Shown: one piece after another, positions 9,718 to 19,648 of the stretch
How the letters are laid out: every line of letters begins with the position of its first letter
Numbering within the stretch: the first letter of the stretch is position 1
Virus record (IMG/VR): IMGVR_UViG_3300013136_000003
Coordinates: 1-64,000 of that record
DNA: 64,000 nucleotides
DNA from: a virus
Direction: 5' to 3' (one strand)
Notes under the pieces: model-generated
Told to the model about the DNA's origin: nothing
Databases searched by the model: none
What the model saw: only the letters and a program-made list of their open reading frames with translations
Made by a program: the position numbers and the translations under genes

Positions 9718-11726
9718 AAGACTTTTTAACCGAAACTGGAGGCTCATCCAGAATAAAGCTGTCAGGCTTAGACCAGGAAAATCTCGCTATATGGACTACC
9801 GAGCGAGTGAACCAACTCTTCAAGGACGTTGAGGACGGCGCCATCGACATAAAGACGATAAAAAATTCGCCTTTCAAGGACAATGACCCTGTTTGGAAGA
9901 AAGCAAACTTGATATTCGAATACACCCCATACGAGGTGGAAGAAATCAAAAGGTGCAAGAATGGCATCATTTACTTCGCGAATCACTACGCGCAGACAAT
10001 GACGGACGATGGAATCCAACAGATAACGTTAAGAGATTACCAGGAAGAGATTCTAATTTCCTTCAAGGAAAATCGAATGAACATTTTGAATGCATCTCGT
10101 CAGATCGGAAAATCGGTCATGGCCGCTATTTTTATAGCATGGTTCCTCATATTCAACACGGAAAAGAACGTTCTCACAGTTGCTAACATCGCTACTACGA
10201 CCAAGGAAGTCATGGACAAGATAAAATCCATCTTGGAACACTTGCCGTTCTTCATGAAACCTGGTTGCGTTTCTAACAATGTTATGTCCATGAAATTCGA
10301 TAACGGCTGTAGGCTGATCGGCCGTACTACCACAAAGAACACCGGTATCGGTTTCACGGTTCACCTTCTGTACATCGACGAGTTTGCTCACATCAACCCG
10401 TCGTACCTGAACTTCTTCTACCGTGCAATCTACCCGACCATTTCAGCTTCAACTTCAAAATCGAAGATCATCATAACTTCCACGCCAAACGGCATGAACA
10501 AGTTTTACGAAATTTACATGGATGCCCTCAACGGCCGAAACCAGTACACGCCGCTTAGGGTGGACTGGTGGCAGGTTCCAGGAAGGGATGAAGCGTGGAA
10601 AAAATTCACTATTGCAGACTTAGGTTCGGAAGAGGATTTCAACCAGGAATACGGGTTGCAGTTCTTCTCTTCCGACGTTCTGTTGCTTCCATCAAAGACT
10701 CTAAAAAAGATCTTTAACCTCAGAATCGAATACCGTGTCCCAGAATGGGCACAAAAACCTGACGTTATTGATCTATTAGACGGATTGCAATTTCACCCAA
10801 ACATGGCGAAAATGACGGTGGATGACATCAGGAACGATCCTAACTACTACATCTTCTCTGTCGACACGGCTGACGGTCTGAATCGTGACTATTCGATAGT
10901 AAACATCTTCAAGTTCGTAGCTCTTCCGGTAAAGATGCTAGAAAACGTTAAGGAATTCGTCAAGATAGAGACTGACGTGTTCGCAGTTGTTCAGGTTGGA
11001 ACCTTTAGGACCAACACCAAGGACATAAACCAGTACTGTAACTCATTGGAACACTTACTGTTCAACGTTTTTAATCCAGAAAAGGTTCGCCTTTTGGTAG
11101 AATTGAACCATAAGGGTGAGTACATCATGGATAAGATCACCAAGAACGAGAACTATTGGAACGGAATGTTAGTATTTTCAAAGCACTCAGAATTAGCTCA
11201 GAACTGGAAACCGGGTCTTAGGTTGACCGTTCCGAACAAGATAAAGTACTGTGAACGGTTCAAGTACCTCACAGCAGTTCACAAGATCCTGCCGAACGAA
11301 TTCAGAACGGTTCACGAGCTTGGTTCGTTTGGCCGAACTAAGAACGGAACGTACAGAAGTCAGAGCGGAAACGACGACCTTGCTATGACGTGCGTGAACT
11401 TAGCAGTTTTCTTCGAATCACCAAACTTCTGGGAAATCGCAAATGCGGAGATAGATAGACTTAACAAGGATTACGTTGCGGAAGTTCACGAGAAGTACCT
11501 GAAGGACATTTATTTTGACAAGAGAACCAAGTACGATTACTCAACTCTGAACGAACTAAACACGTCAGGCTTAGCTAGAAGTTCGGGAGCAAGTCAGCGC
11601 GTAGCCGAAGATTACTTGAACTCGTACAAGGACACGTTGAAACATTTTTATGGCGGAGACCAAAACGAACTTCAAGAGTACAAGGATTTAGTTGAAAAAT
11701 ACAGAAATCAAAATGAAGGGCTCTGA
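9714..11726 (+). CDS. terL: Terminase large subunit (T4 gp17-like)
   Basis: LRDYQ adenine motif, ASRQIGKS Walker A, LLYIDEFAH Walker B, ITSTPNG, FNQEY, nuclease VDTADG and GNDDLAM. Confidence 0.95.
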   Translation: MKDFLTETGGSSRIKLSGLDQENLAIWTTERVNQLFKDVEDGAIDIKTIKNSPFKDNDPVWKKANLIFEYTPYEVEEIKRCKNGIIYFANHYAQTMTDDGIQQITLRDYQEEILISFKENRMNILNASRQIGKSVMAAIFIAWFLIFNTEKNVLTVANIATTTKEVMDKIKSILEHLPFFMKPGCVSNNVMSMKFDNGCRLIGRTTTKNTGIGFTVHLLYIDEFAHINPSYLNFFYRAIYPTISASTSKSKIIITSTPNGMNKFYEIYMDALNGRNQYTPLRVDWWQVPGRDEAWKKFTIADLGSEEDFNQEYGLQFFSSDVLLLPSKTLKKIFNLRIEYRVPEWAQKPDVIDLLDGLQFHPNMAKMTVDDIRNDPNYYIFSVDTADGLNRDYSIVNIFKFVALPVKMLENVKEFVKIETDVFAVVQVGTFRTNTKDINQYCNSLEHLLFNVFNPEKVRLLVELNHKGEYIMDKITKNENYWNGMLVFSKHSELAQNWKPGLRLTVPNKIKYCERFKYLTAVHKILPNEFRTVHELGSFGRTKNGTYRSQSGNDDLAMTCVNLAVFFESPNFWEIANAEIDRLNKDYVAEVHEKYLKDIYFDKRTKYDYSTLNELNTSGLARSSGASQRVAEDYLNSYKDTLKHFYGGDQNELQEYKDLVEKYRNQNEGL

Positions 11727-12033
11727 TGAATCAGCAAACTACGTTAACAACAAACGCCAGATATTCGTTAGGCTCTTGACAGAAATAGAACAAGCAAACA
11801 AAGTTAACAGATCAAAGATTTACGTTAAAAAAATAAAGGTACTTGAAGAAGAAATCGATGTAATAGCAAAGAGAGAAGAATGGCCAACTGTCCTACAAAA
11901 AGCTAGGACGTTTTTTGAAAACTTAGAAGATTATGAAATGTGTCAAAGGTGCATGAACATTCAGAATTCATTGAAACCGGCGAAGAAAAAGGAAAAAGCG
12001 AATGGCAAAAAGAGAACCGAAGAAACAACCTAG
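11713..12033 (+). CDS. Hypothetical protein with UVR-like C-terminal motif
   Basis: ORF overlapping both neighbours; FENLEDYEMCQRC. Confidence 0.55.
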   Translation: MKGSDESANYVNNKRQIFVRLLTEIEQANKVNRSKIYVKKIKVLEEEIDVIAKREEWPTVLQKARTFFENLEDYEMCQRCMNIQNSLKPAKKKEKANGKKRTEETT

Positions 12034-12727
12034 AAAAAAAGAAGAACTTGAGTTTACCGAGAACGACTTGCAATCGGTAAAACTAAAATCCTCCCAAAGC
12101 AAGTATTTACGAGCTATCTTCGATAACGACATAACTTTCTGTTATGGACCGGCTGGGACGAGCAAAACGTTCACCGCGTGTTTAGCGGCACTACGACTTT
12201 ACCTTGATGGTAAGATCAAAAAGATCATACTGTCAAAACCTATACAGGAGTCAGGTGAAAGGCTAGGTTTCCTTCCAGGTGATGTGAGCGAAAAAATCGA
12301 TCCTCACATGGAAAGTTATCGAACCAATTTGGTAAAATTGCTGAAAGACCCTCACCTTGTGAGTTGGCTTGAGACTACCGGAATTATCGAGTTCCGACCG
12401 CTTGCCTACATGCGTGGAGCAACGTTCGATGACAGCTTGATGATCCTTGATGAGTCCCAAAACGCTAATTTCAAGCAGCTTATGCTGTTTGTGACGAGAT
12501 TGGGTAAAGGTTCGAAGGCTTTGATCTGCGGCGATGTAAGTCAATCTGATATCACTAAAGATCAGATTGCGCTTCCAGATTTTATCAAAATGATGCAAGG
12601 CGTACCTGGGTTAGCAGTGCACAAATTTGGTGAGGATGATGTTGTACGAAAAGATATTCTTATTCAGATTATTAAACGCTACGAACAATGGAAAGATGAG
12701 AACCCGAACCACCAGTTCCTTAAGTAA
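12002..12727 (+). CDS. phoH: PhoH-like ATPase
   Basis: GPAGTSKT, LGFLPG, PLAYMRGATF, ILDESQN, TRLG, GDVSQSD. Confidence 0.95.
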   Translation: MAKREPKKQPRKKEELEFTENDLQSVKLKSSQSKYLRAIFDNDITFCYGPAGTSKTFTACLAALRLYLDGKIKKIILSKPIQESGERLGFLPGDVSEKIDPHMESYRTNLVKLLKDPHLVSWLETTGIIEFRPLAYMRGATFDDSLMILDESQNANFKQLMLFVTRLGKGSKALICGDVSQSDITKDQIALPDFIKMMQGVPGLAVHKFGEDDVVRKDILIQIIKRYEQWKDENPNHQFLK

Positions 12728-12754
12728 AAACAAAGAAAAAAATAATGAAACCCT

Positions 12755-13381
12755 ATGAACTCTTACGACGCAATCAACAAGCAGCTCAACGATGAGATGC
12801 AAGAACTCGCAGAAAAAATTAACCGTGGAAGTTACACGGAGAAGGATAGAAATCGGCTAGCCACAATAATGTACCCGAAACTCAAGTACTTCATCTGGAA
12901 GTTTTTTAACGACCCGATCGAAACTGAGGAAGTCCTTCACAACACGCTTTTCAAAATATTCAAGGGCTTAGAATCCTACCGAGACGATTTTCGGTTCACC
13001 ACCTGGATCTACACTATTGCCAAAAACGAAGCCCTACTTCACAAGCACAAAATCACAAGTCAAATTACCGTTCGTTTGGAAAACCTAGCGAAGCAGCCAG
13101 TGATAGAAGATACTGCTGGTTCTACGCTCGACCGCGAAGAGTACCTTCATGCTCTGTTCACAATGACCCAGGAAGAGATGTTTTCTCTACCTGAATGCAT
13201 AGAAAAAGACATCCTTATAGATAAGGAAGTCAATCAGATGAAGGGAAACGACATCGCGGAAAAGTACAAGATGAACCTGAACACGGTCAAGACTAAGATC
13301 AGAAAAGCTAAAAAGATGCTAAGGGATCGAGTGCTTGAGAATAATCCTCACATGAGGGAACACATAAACGAATACATTTAA
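12755..13381 (+). CDS. ECF-type sigma-70 factor
   Basis: Region 2 FRFTTWIYTIAKN; region 4 DIAEKYKMNLNTVKTKIRKAK. Confidence 0.85.
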   Translation: MNSYDAINKQLNDEMQELAEKINRGSYTEKDRNRLATIMYPKLKYFIWKFFNDPIETEEVLHNTLFKIFKGLESYRDDFRFTTWIYTIAKNEALLHKHKITSQITVRLENLAKQPVIEDTAGSTLDREEYLHALFTMTQEEMFSLPECIEKDILIDKEVNQMKGNDIAEKYKMNLNTVKTKIRKAKKMLRDRVLENNPHMREHINEYI

Positions 13382-13383
13382 CC

Positions 13384-13890
13384 ATGAAACTGATTGACGC
13401 ATTTCATCCAAAAATGTTCCGAGACACCATAATCATGGCGGTTAGGAATTTCGTTAATTGGCGCTTCTACAAGAAACAGATGAAGCGTTTGAACGAAGAC
13501 GGTTCGTTAAAACAGAACGGAATGAGACTCGACAAGCGAAACCGAGCGTATTACGTTCTAAACCTAGAACCGGAAATTCTAATGATGGGAGAGGAAACCA
13601 TCGACCTAGAAAGGAGCCGTGTGTACGAATCTCTCGGAAAGAAGAAACCTCTCTTTGAAAAAGCTGGGTTGGGCGAGATAATCGAAGCGAAGACTGACCG
13701 AATAAAGGATGAAACTTACTACGCTTACCTCGTTCAGGTTAAGTACCGACCCATTGCTACTATCTGGAACGTCATCTACTGTTGCATTTGGTTGACAACT
13801 TTGGCTGTCGCTGCTTATTTTGTAGTAAAAGGCATCATGCAGTACGAGACTATCGTTACCTGGTTTAGCAACGTGATGACTGCGAAATAA
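13384..13890 (+). CDS. Hypothetical membrane-anchored protein
   Basis: ORF with C-terminal hydrophobic helix. Confidence 0.6.
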   Translation: MKLIDAFHPKMFRDTIIMAVRNFVNWRFYKKQMKRLNEDGSLKQNGMRLDKRNRAYYVLNLEPEILMMGEETIDLERSRVYESLGKKKPLFEKAGLGEIIEAKTDRIKDETYYAYLVQVKYRPIATIWNVIYCCIWLTTLAVAAYFVVKGIMQYETIVTWFSNVMTAK

Positions 13891-13911
13891 ATAACAAAAA
13901 GTTAAAGTAAC

Positions 13912-14220
13912 ATGACAGAATTCGAATTCGTCAAGAAACACAGTCTGAAACTAGTAGGAGTAGGATTCTTTTTTCTGATCCTCATATTTTTGTCAACTTG
14001 CGGAACCGGAAGAAAAGTTAAAGTGATTTCGAAAGACGTTAAGAACGTTATCGAAGTTCAAAAAACTCAACCGACGGTTGGAGAAATACAAAAGATGATC
14101 CAACTGGAAGGTCTCAAGTCGGAAAAGAGAATGATTCAAGCTACTGACAGAAAGATACTTGACGTTAACCGGGAAAACGCGATAGAAGAAGAGCTAAAAA
14201 AACTCGAATCTTCTAAATGA
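13912..14220 (+). CDS. Membrane-anchored coiled-coil protein
   Basis: N-terminal transmembrane segment ending LSTCG; late promoter upstream. Confidence 0.6.
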   Translation: MTEFEFVKKHSLKLVGVGFFFLILIFLSTCGTGRKVKVISKDVKNVIEVQKTQPTVGEIQKMIQLEGLKSEKRMIQATDRKILDVNRENAIEEELKKLESSK

Positions 14221-14957
14221 AAAAACGGACAGTGCACTATTTCGTAATTAGTGCATTTACGATACTCTACGCGATAACTTCGCTTATTTCCACAGTACAC
14301 GTGGTAGATTTTTTCAAGCTGACTAACCCCGAGTGGCTAGCTATCAGCTTGGCAATTGCGTTCGAAATAGGAGCAGCGGCTTCTCTAGCTTCGATCATTG
14401 CGTTAGAAAAGATGAACAAATTCATAGTTTGGATGCTGTTCATAATCCTAACGTTGATGCAGGCCATGGGAAACACGTACTATGCTTACGTGCACGCTGA
14501 AAATTTTCAAAGTTGGATAGAACTATTCGGCTTGGTAGACGAGGACCTTATTTACCAGAAGAGAATATTGGGCTTGCTCAGCGGTGGTATCTTACCTATA
14601 GTTGCACTAGGTTACATAAAAGCGCTAATTGACTACATCAAACCGACTGAATCAAGCGAAAATCCAGCCGCAAGTTCTTACGATGAACCGAAACAGGAAG
14701 AGGTCGTGGTTGAAGAAATTTTCGGTACGCCGACTACCGCTGAACAAACTACTCAGCTGACAACTACTGTATTGCCCGAAATACCTAAACCTAAACCAGC
14801 TGTTGAATTTACAACTGAACCTCCAACTACTACAGAGAGCCCGCGATTAAATAATACTGAGCCAGCTCAGCACGATGACATGTCGATAGACGATAGAATC
14901 GCTAGAGGGAAAAATGTCGAGTACGCTAGCAATTTAAAGAAGCCTCACGACCCGTAA
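14217..14957 (+). CDS. Multi-pass membrane protein (about 4 TM) with Pro/Thr-rich tail
   Basis: Four hydrophobic segments in the N-terminal 140 aa; ATGA overlap. Confidence 0.65.
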   Translation: MKKRTVHYFVISAFTILYAITSLISTVHVVDFFKLTNPEWLAISLAIAFEIGAAASLASIIALEKMNKFIVWMLFIILTLMQAMGNTYYAYVHAENFQSWIELFGLVDEDLIYQKRILGLLSGGILPIVALGYIKALIDYIKPTESSENPAASSYDEPKQEEVVVEEIFGTPTTAEQTTQLTTTVLPEIPKPKPAVEFTTEPPTTTESPRLNNTEPAQHDDMSIDDRIARGKNVEYASNLKKPHDP

Positions 14958-14971
14958 AATAGTCAAAAACG

Positions 14972-15691
14972 ATGCCATACACTCAGTACAATGACGATCC
15001 TGTCCAAAAAAGAGTCAGCGCAGCTTTTGCAAATCTCTGTGCATCGACCACTTCTGGAAAGAAAACTCTTAGAGCTTTCGATAAAACTTTGAGCGTGTTC
15101 AATGGATCGGCAGTCGATGCTGCTTTTTCATTAGCTAGCTTAGTTTACCCAGTTGACAATCAAAATTCCATAAATTTTGAAGTGTGTGCCGGCGAAACTC
15201 TAGTTATTTTCGACAACGGTTTGGAAACTATTACACCGACTCCTCAACCAGTTAACACTACTTTGAATTACCCGTTGGGCCAAGACACAGAATACATTCC
15301 ACCTATCGGAACAACCGGCCCATCTAGCTTACCAGCGTATTACCTGCTAAACGGAGAGAAGAATTACGCTCGTGGCATTCTTCTATACTTAGAGTATTCG
15401 ACAGTCACAAAGGGCGGAGCAGACCTTCTTCCAGAGGATGCTAAGTGCGAAATTCACATGTGGACAGGAATAAGTGACCCAGAAACAGATCCGCCTCTGA
15501 TTCTTCCGCTTCATTCGTTTTACGCTCATTTTGCAAATCCGTTGACCAGCGATCCTGCTTCTCTAATAAATAGAATAGAAATAGTCAATCCTAGCCCAGC
15601 TGACGAAGGAGGAAGAGGTTATAGCTTCATTGTCAATGGTTTAGTTTTGTACACTAAGAGCAACACAGCGGTTAGCGACTGCGCTTGCTAA
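14972..15691 (+). CDS. Hypothetical (probably virion) protein
   Basis: ORF in late cluster. Confidence 0.6.
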   Translation: MPYTQYNDDPVQKRVSAAFANLCASTTSGKKTLRAFDKTLSVFNGSAVDAAFSLASLVYPVDNQNSINFEVCAGETLVIFDNGLETITPTPQPVNTTLNYPLGQDTEYIPPIGTTGPSSLPAYYLLNGEKNYARGILLYLEYSTVTKGGADLLPEDAKCEIHMWTGISDPETDPPLILPLHSFYAHFANPLTSDPASLINRIEIVNPSPADEGGRGYSFIVNGLVLYTKSNTAVSDCAC

Positions 15692-15705
15692 AAATACTTG
15701 AAACA

Positions 15706-16041
15706 ATGGTACCAGTAGCTAAATTCATACAAAAGCACACGAGCGACAGCACGATCTATACGCCAGTGTTTACCGACACTAACCCAAGCGGAGCTGTTCT
15801 AAACGGTGGACTTCCCGGATCAGTTGGAACTTATTCTCCGTCGTGGTTTGGTGTTCACAATGCAGCAGCTGCAGCACAAGACGTTACGATTTGGACAATA
15901 GCTCAGGGAACTAGCGGAACTGGTGTTACTGTGAAGATCTTAGCAGGTGAGACATTCTATGCTCAGATCGCTAAGCTAACTGCCGCAACAGACGGAACGA
16001 TAGTTCTTCTCGGAACTACAAACTTACCATCGATGGTGTAA
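15706..16041 (+). CDS. Hypothetical (probably virion) protein
   Basis: ATG at 15706; beta-rich; coupled to the next gene. Confidence 0.55.
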   Translation: MVPVAKFIQKHTSDSTIYTPVFTDTNPSGAVLNGGLPGSVGTYSPSWFGVHNAAAAAQDVTIWTIAQGTSGTGVTVKILAGETFYAQIAKLTAATDGTIVLLGTTNLPSMV

Positions 16042-16496
16042 TGATACCAATAATGTCATTCGGACAAAGGCAGCAAGCAATGCAAGGCTTACCATTTTTC
16101 GGTAGGTCGGACTTTAACTTTGCCGCGGCGAAATCACCTTACTCGCCAGGCATCACGATAAAGATCCTGCCTCTTTCTGACCTATCCAGGGTGGGCGCAG
16201 TTGATGTCGATTCGTTCGCAGATGGTATCAGTCAACTAAACCAAAAATTCAAGAGAGGGTCACGGATAAGCGGAATTCAAGTGAACTCTCATATTGCCGA
16301 TAAGAAAAGAAACCCAAAGGTTGTCATCGGCAAGTTCGAAGCTTTGAAGATAGACAGAGAAACTAAAAGCATTCGAGCTTTCATCAGAGATCCAAAGTCT
16401 CTAAAGCTGGTAGAAGTCTACCCAGAAACACTGACCCGTCTCACGGAATCCAAGAGCGAGGGTCGAGCAAAAACTTTCCTGGAGTACCTGATATAA
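16041..16496 (+). CDS. Hypothetical protein
   Basis: TAATG coupling; C-terminal KTFLEYL motif. Confidence 0.6.
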   Translation: MIPIMSFGQRQQAMQGLPFFGRSDFNFAAAKSPYSPGITIKILPLSDLSRVGAVDVDSFADGISQLNQKFKRGSRISGIQVNSHIADKKRNPKVVIGKFEALKIDRETKSIRAFIRDPKSLKLVEVYPETLTRLTESKSEGRAKTFLEYLI

Positions 16497-16533
16497 AATT
16501 CGATAAATAAATTCGTAAAAAAATCGAATTTTT

Positions 16534-17553
16534 ATGGGTGAACAAACCGACTTGCTACAGGAAGGCAGTGAATTTCTGGATCAGCAAGACGCTATTTATG
16601 GGAAAAATCAGGACACTAGCAAAGTTGTCAAGAATTCCCCGGTCGAAAACCTCCCACCAAATTTAGGCAGATCAATATCACCAGAGTTTGAATCAACGAT
16701 CGGCGGGGCAAACGATTCGCACTGGAAAATTATTTCGTTGGAAAATCTTCCGTCTAAGGGTTGGTTTTACCCAGACGGCACCGAGATAACAATAAAAGCA
16801 GCATCCGTTCTTGAGGTACGTCAGTGGTCTACTATGGATGAGAATGACCGGCTGAACGTTGACGATACTCTAAACTTCATCATCGAACGTTGCGCTAGAA
16901 TCAAAGTGAAAGGCGGCAAATCTTGGATGACTTGGCGCGACATTTCGGAACTTGACAGGTTAGCTCTAGTCTTCATGATTCATGAAATAACATTCCCAGG
17001 CAATCAAAATTCTCTTTTCGTTAGGTTTACTTGCCCGGGTCCGTGTGCAGAAGAAAAGAAATGGAGCGATGAGGTCAAGATTTCCAGTCCAATGCTCAGC
17101 TTCATAGAATTGCCGAACGATGTGATGCAATTCTACAATCCTCAGTACAAGTGTTTCGTTATGGAGTCAGCAAAGCTCAACGAAACGTTTTACCTTTACA
17201 TGCCGACTATCGGAGCAGTAGAAAAACTCAGAGCCAGAATTTCTCAAGCAAAAGTCGACGGCCGTTCAGTCGATAAAGCTTTCATAAAGATTGCTCCGTA
17301 CATCATCCAAGACTGGCAATCGTTTACTCAGGAAACTTACTACAAGATGTCTAGGGAAAATTTCGCGTGGCACGTTAACAAATTCACGTTCGTTACTAGG
17401 TTCGTCGAAGAGATCGAAAAATCTCGAAGATCAATGGTTGCGACAACGTGTCCAAAGTGCGGAAAATTAGCATCAACTCCTCTTTTTTCAAGGTCCGGCT
17501 TCACGATCAAAGATCTTTTCTTTATTTCAGGCGGACTTAACGAACTTATTTGA
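16534..17553 (+). CDS. Baseplate hub/assembly protein (T4 gp26-like)
   Basis: LPSKGWFYP, DISELDRLAL, CPGPC and CPKCG zinc-type motifs. Confidence 0.65.
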   Translation: MGEQTDLLQEGSEFLDQQDAIYGKNQDTSKVVKNSPVENLPPNLGRSISPEFESTIGGANDSHWKIISLENLPSKGWFYPDGTEITIKAASVLEVRQWSTMDENDRLNVDDTLNFIIERCARIKVKGGKSWMTWRDISELDRLALVFMIHEITFPGNQNSLFVRFTCPGPCAEEKKWSDEVKISSPMLSFIELPNDVMQFYNPQYKCFVMESAKLNETFYLYMPTIGAVEKLRARISQAKVDGRSVDKAFIKIAPYIIQDWQSFTQETYYKMSRENFAWHVNKFTFVTRFVEEIEKSRRSMVATTCPKCGKLASTPLFSRSGFTIKDLFFISGGLNELI

Positions 17554-17713
17554 GATTAACCGGATTCTAGCAGTGAAGCTTAATCAACAGTTTGATAACC
17601 TATACAAGCTGCCCTATTACGAGTACATGTACTACCTAAACTTACTAATAAAGGAATCTGGTACTGAGGTCAGCGAAAAATTAGAACTTGAAAGAGATGG
17701 TTCGGCCGAATAA
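17471..17713 (+). CDS. gp51-like baseplate assembly chaperone frame overlapping the gp26-like gene; no obvious start codon
   Basis: +1 frame reads ...LTNLFEINRILAVKLNQQFDNLYKLPYYEYMYYLNLLIKE...*; absent from the ORF track. Confidence 0.55.
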   Translation, partial: HQLLFFQGPASRSKIFSLFQADLTNLFEINRILAVKLNQQFDNLYKLPYYEYMYYLNLLIKESGTEVSEKLELERDGSAE

Positions 17714-17731
17714 GCCGAACCTTTTTCTTTT
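17699..17731 (+). terminator. Rho-independent terminator
   Basis: GGTTCGGC/GCCGAACC stem followed by TTTTTCTTTT. Confidence 0.75.
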
Positions 17732-17759
17732 GAAATAAATAACTAAAAGGAAAATTCAC

Positions 17760-19394
17760 GTGGACGAAGATAACCTTCTGCAAGAACCAGTTGACGAAAC
17801 GCCGGTCGATAATGACATAATGACGCCGAGTGAAATCGCAGACGCAGCGACTGAAAACAAGAGCGCCGAACCGGCTGATCTTCTGCCATCTGACGTGGCC
17901 AAGATTGCCGAAACCGCAGAAGTAAGCGAAGATGATCAAGTAAAAGTTGAATCAGCAGACTCGTCCACAAAGAGCGGAATCGATCAGGTAAAAACTACCT
18001 TAGAAAAGGAAGATGAACCTGCTCCTGTGATAAACGTTAACGTTGATGCTCCAGTAACGGTTTCGAAAGATGAATCAGCTGAACCTAGCACCGTAACAAA
18101 CGTAAACGTAACCAACATCTACCAAGCAGATAACCAAGAAAATAAATCTGCCGATCCAGAAAAGGACGCTGGCCTTACTCCTAGCGCTATTGCCGCAAGT
18201 CAGTCAAAACACGAAGAGGTTGACAAACAAATCGATCCGATAAGAGTTGAAGTGGATCCTACTGTCTCACAAACCGTAGTTGACCAAGTGTTGACCACCA
18301 AACAAAGGGTCGAAGAAACTGAATTGTCTACTGTTCTTAAAGAAAAAGAAGCCGAGATCAGAGCGAATGACGTGATCTTAGCTCAACTAGAAAAGGTTGA
18401 AAAAACGGTGGAGACAGTTTTAGAAAAGGACTCAGCTAATTTAACGCCAACTAACGTAGTCGAAAATCAGTCCAGTGTAACAGACCAGCCCAATCAATCA
18501 AGTACCGTTAGGATAGAGACGGTCGAACCGTCTAGCCAAACTCTGCAGGATTTACTAGTGTCAGTTGAACCTACTGTAGATTACGGGCAAATGAGTTCGT
18601 TGGAGGGACTTGACCAGTCCAATTTTGCTTACAAGGAACCAGCACTTCCTTCTACCGCGACGGAAGACCTGTTAAAGAGTTATCAAACGGAAACGGAGAT
18701 AATTAACCGGCTCTTTCAAGAAGATTTTTCAAAAACCCTAGAAGCAATAGAAAAAAATCAGGAGTCGATAGATTACTTTTCTCAGATCATTCCGCCTGAT
18801 ATTTCTGTTCCTATAAATCCAACAGCCATTAACCAGGAAACAAAGGTCGACCAATTGTACGATCTGTTATCGAAGGAAGCTGTTGGAACGGAAGAAAAAG
18901 AGGAAGAGCCTATTCTCAGAACCGACATGCAAAAGATTAGCTTGGCCGAATCTGCTCCTGAAAAAATAGAAGAGGAAGAGGACCTTAGCTGGCCAATTTC
19001 CAAGATGCAGATGGTGCCATTGACTGATGTTCGTGTGGAAAACAACGAGAAAAAAGTTAATCCTGGGTTAGCAAAGGAAATACTAACAACGCCGGAAATG
19101 AAGCAACTTAGAGATTTATCGGCCGTCCTGAATCAGGTTAGCTCTCAGCTAGAAGCGTTAAATGAAACGCAAGTTACCAACAACCAAAGTATTAGCACCA
19201 TTGCTAACTCAGTAAACACAGTAAATTCAGTAGAAGCACAAAAAATGATTCCAGGTGAATCCGAAAAGACAAGCTCAGTAAAAAAGGAAGAAGGTAAAAA
19301 GGCCGAACTCATCTCGGGATCGCTGAGCGAGTACTATTTACACGCAATATACGATGCCCTAGTTAGTTACGGTATAAAATTAAGAACGTACTAA
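17760..19394 (+). CDS. Acidic, low-complexity hypothetical protein
   Basis: 544-aa ORF after a late promoter; E/D/T/S-rich. Confidence 0.65.
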   Translation: MDEDNLLQEPVDETPVDNDIMTPSEIADAATENKSAEPADLLPSDVAKIAETAEVSEDDQVKVESADSSTKSGIDQVKTTLEKEDEPAPVINVNVDAPVTVSKDESAEPSTVTNVNVTNIYQADNQENKSADPEKDAGLTPSAIAASQSKHEEVDKQIDPIRVEVDPTVSQTVVDQVLTTKQRVEETELSTVLKEKEAEIRANDVILAQLEKVEKTVETVLEKDSANLTPTNVVENQSSVTDQPNQSSTVRIETVEPSSQTLQDLLVSVEPTVDYGQMSSLEGLDQSNFAYKEPALPSTATEDLLKSYQTETEIINRLFQEDFSKTLEAIEKNQESIDYFSQIIPPDISVPINPTAINQETKVDQLYDLLSKEAVGTEEKEEEPILRTDMQKISLAESAPEKIEEEEDLSWPISKMQMVPLTDVRVENNEKKVNPGLAKEILTTPEMKQLRDLSAVLNQVSSQLEALNETQVTNNQSISTIANSVNTVNSVEAQKMIPGESEKTSSVKKEEGKKAELISGSLSEYYLHAIYDALVSYGIKLRTY

Positions 19395-19648
19395 TGAGTG
19401 CAACCGATCCTTACATTGAAGAAATCCGCAGTATCGTGAACCTGTATAAAGCGATAGAAGAACTAATGAACTCTCTGCTCGAAGAAGTCAACCTGCTCAA
19501 CTTAAAAAAGCAGGACATCGAGCTCAAACTAGCTCAGAATAAGGAAGATGAGCGAAACTTAATAGATAAAATAAAAAGAGAGACAGGCAAGGACCCTAAC
19601 CTTTACGAAATCTTACAGAGTATTAACAGTCAAACAACAAACGCATGA
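19394..19648 (+). CDS. Small coiled-coil protein
   Basis: Translationally coupled ORF. Confidence 0.6.
   Translation: MSATDPYIEEIRSIVNLYKAIEELMNSLLEEVNLLNLKKQDIELKLAQNKEDERNLIDKIKRETGKDPNLYEILQSINSQTTNA

Noticed and set aside
9714-11726. Intein or intron in the large terminase
   Set aside because: Motif order is continuous and no C/S...HN splice junction motifs are visible
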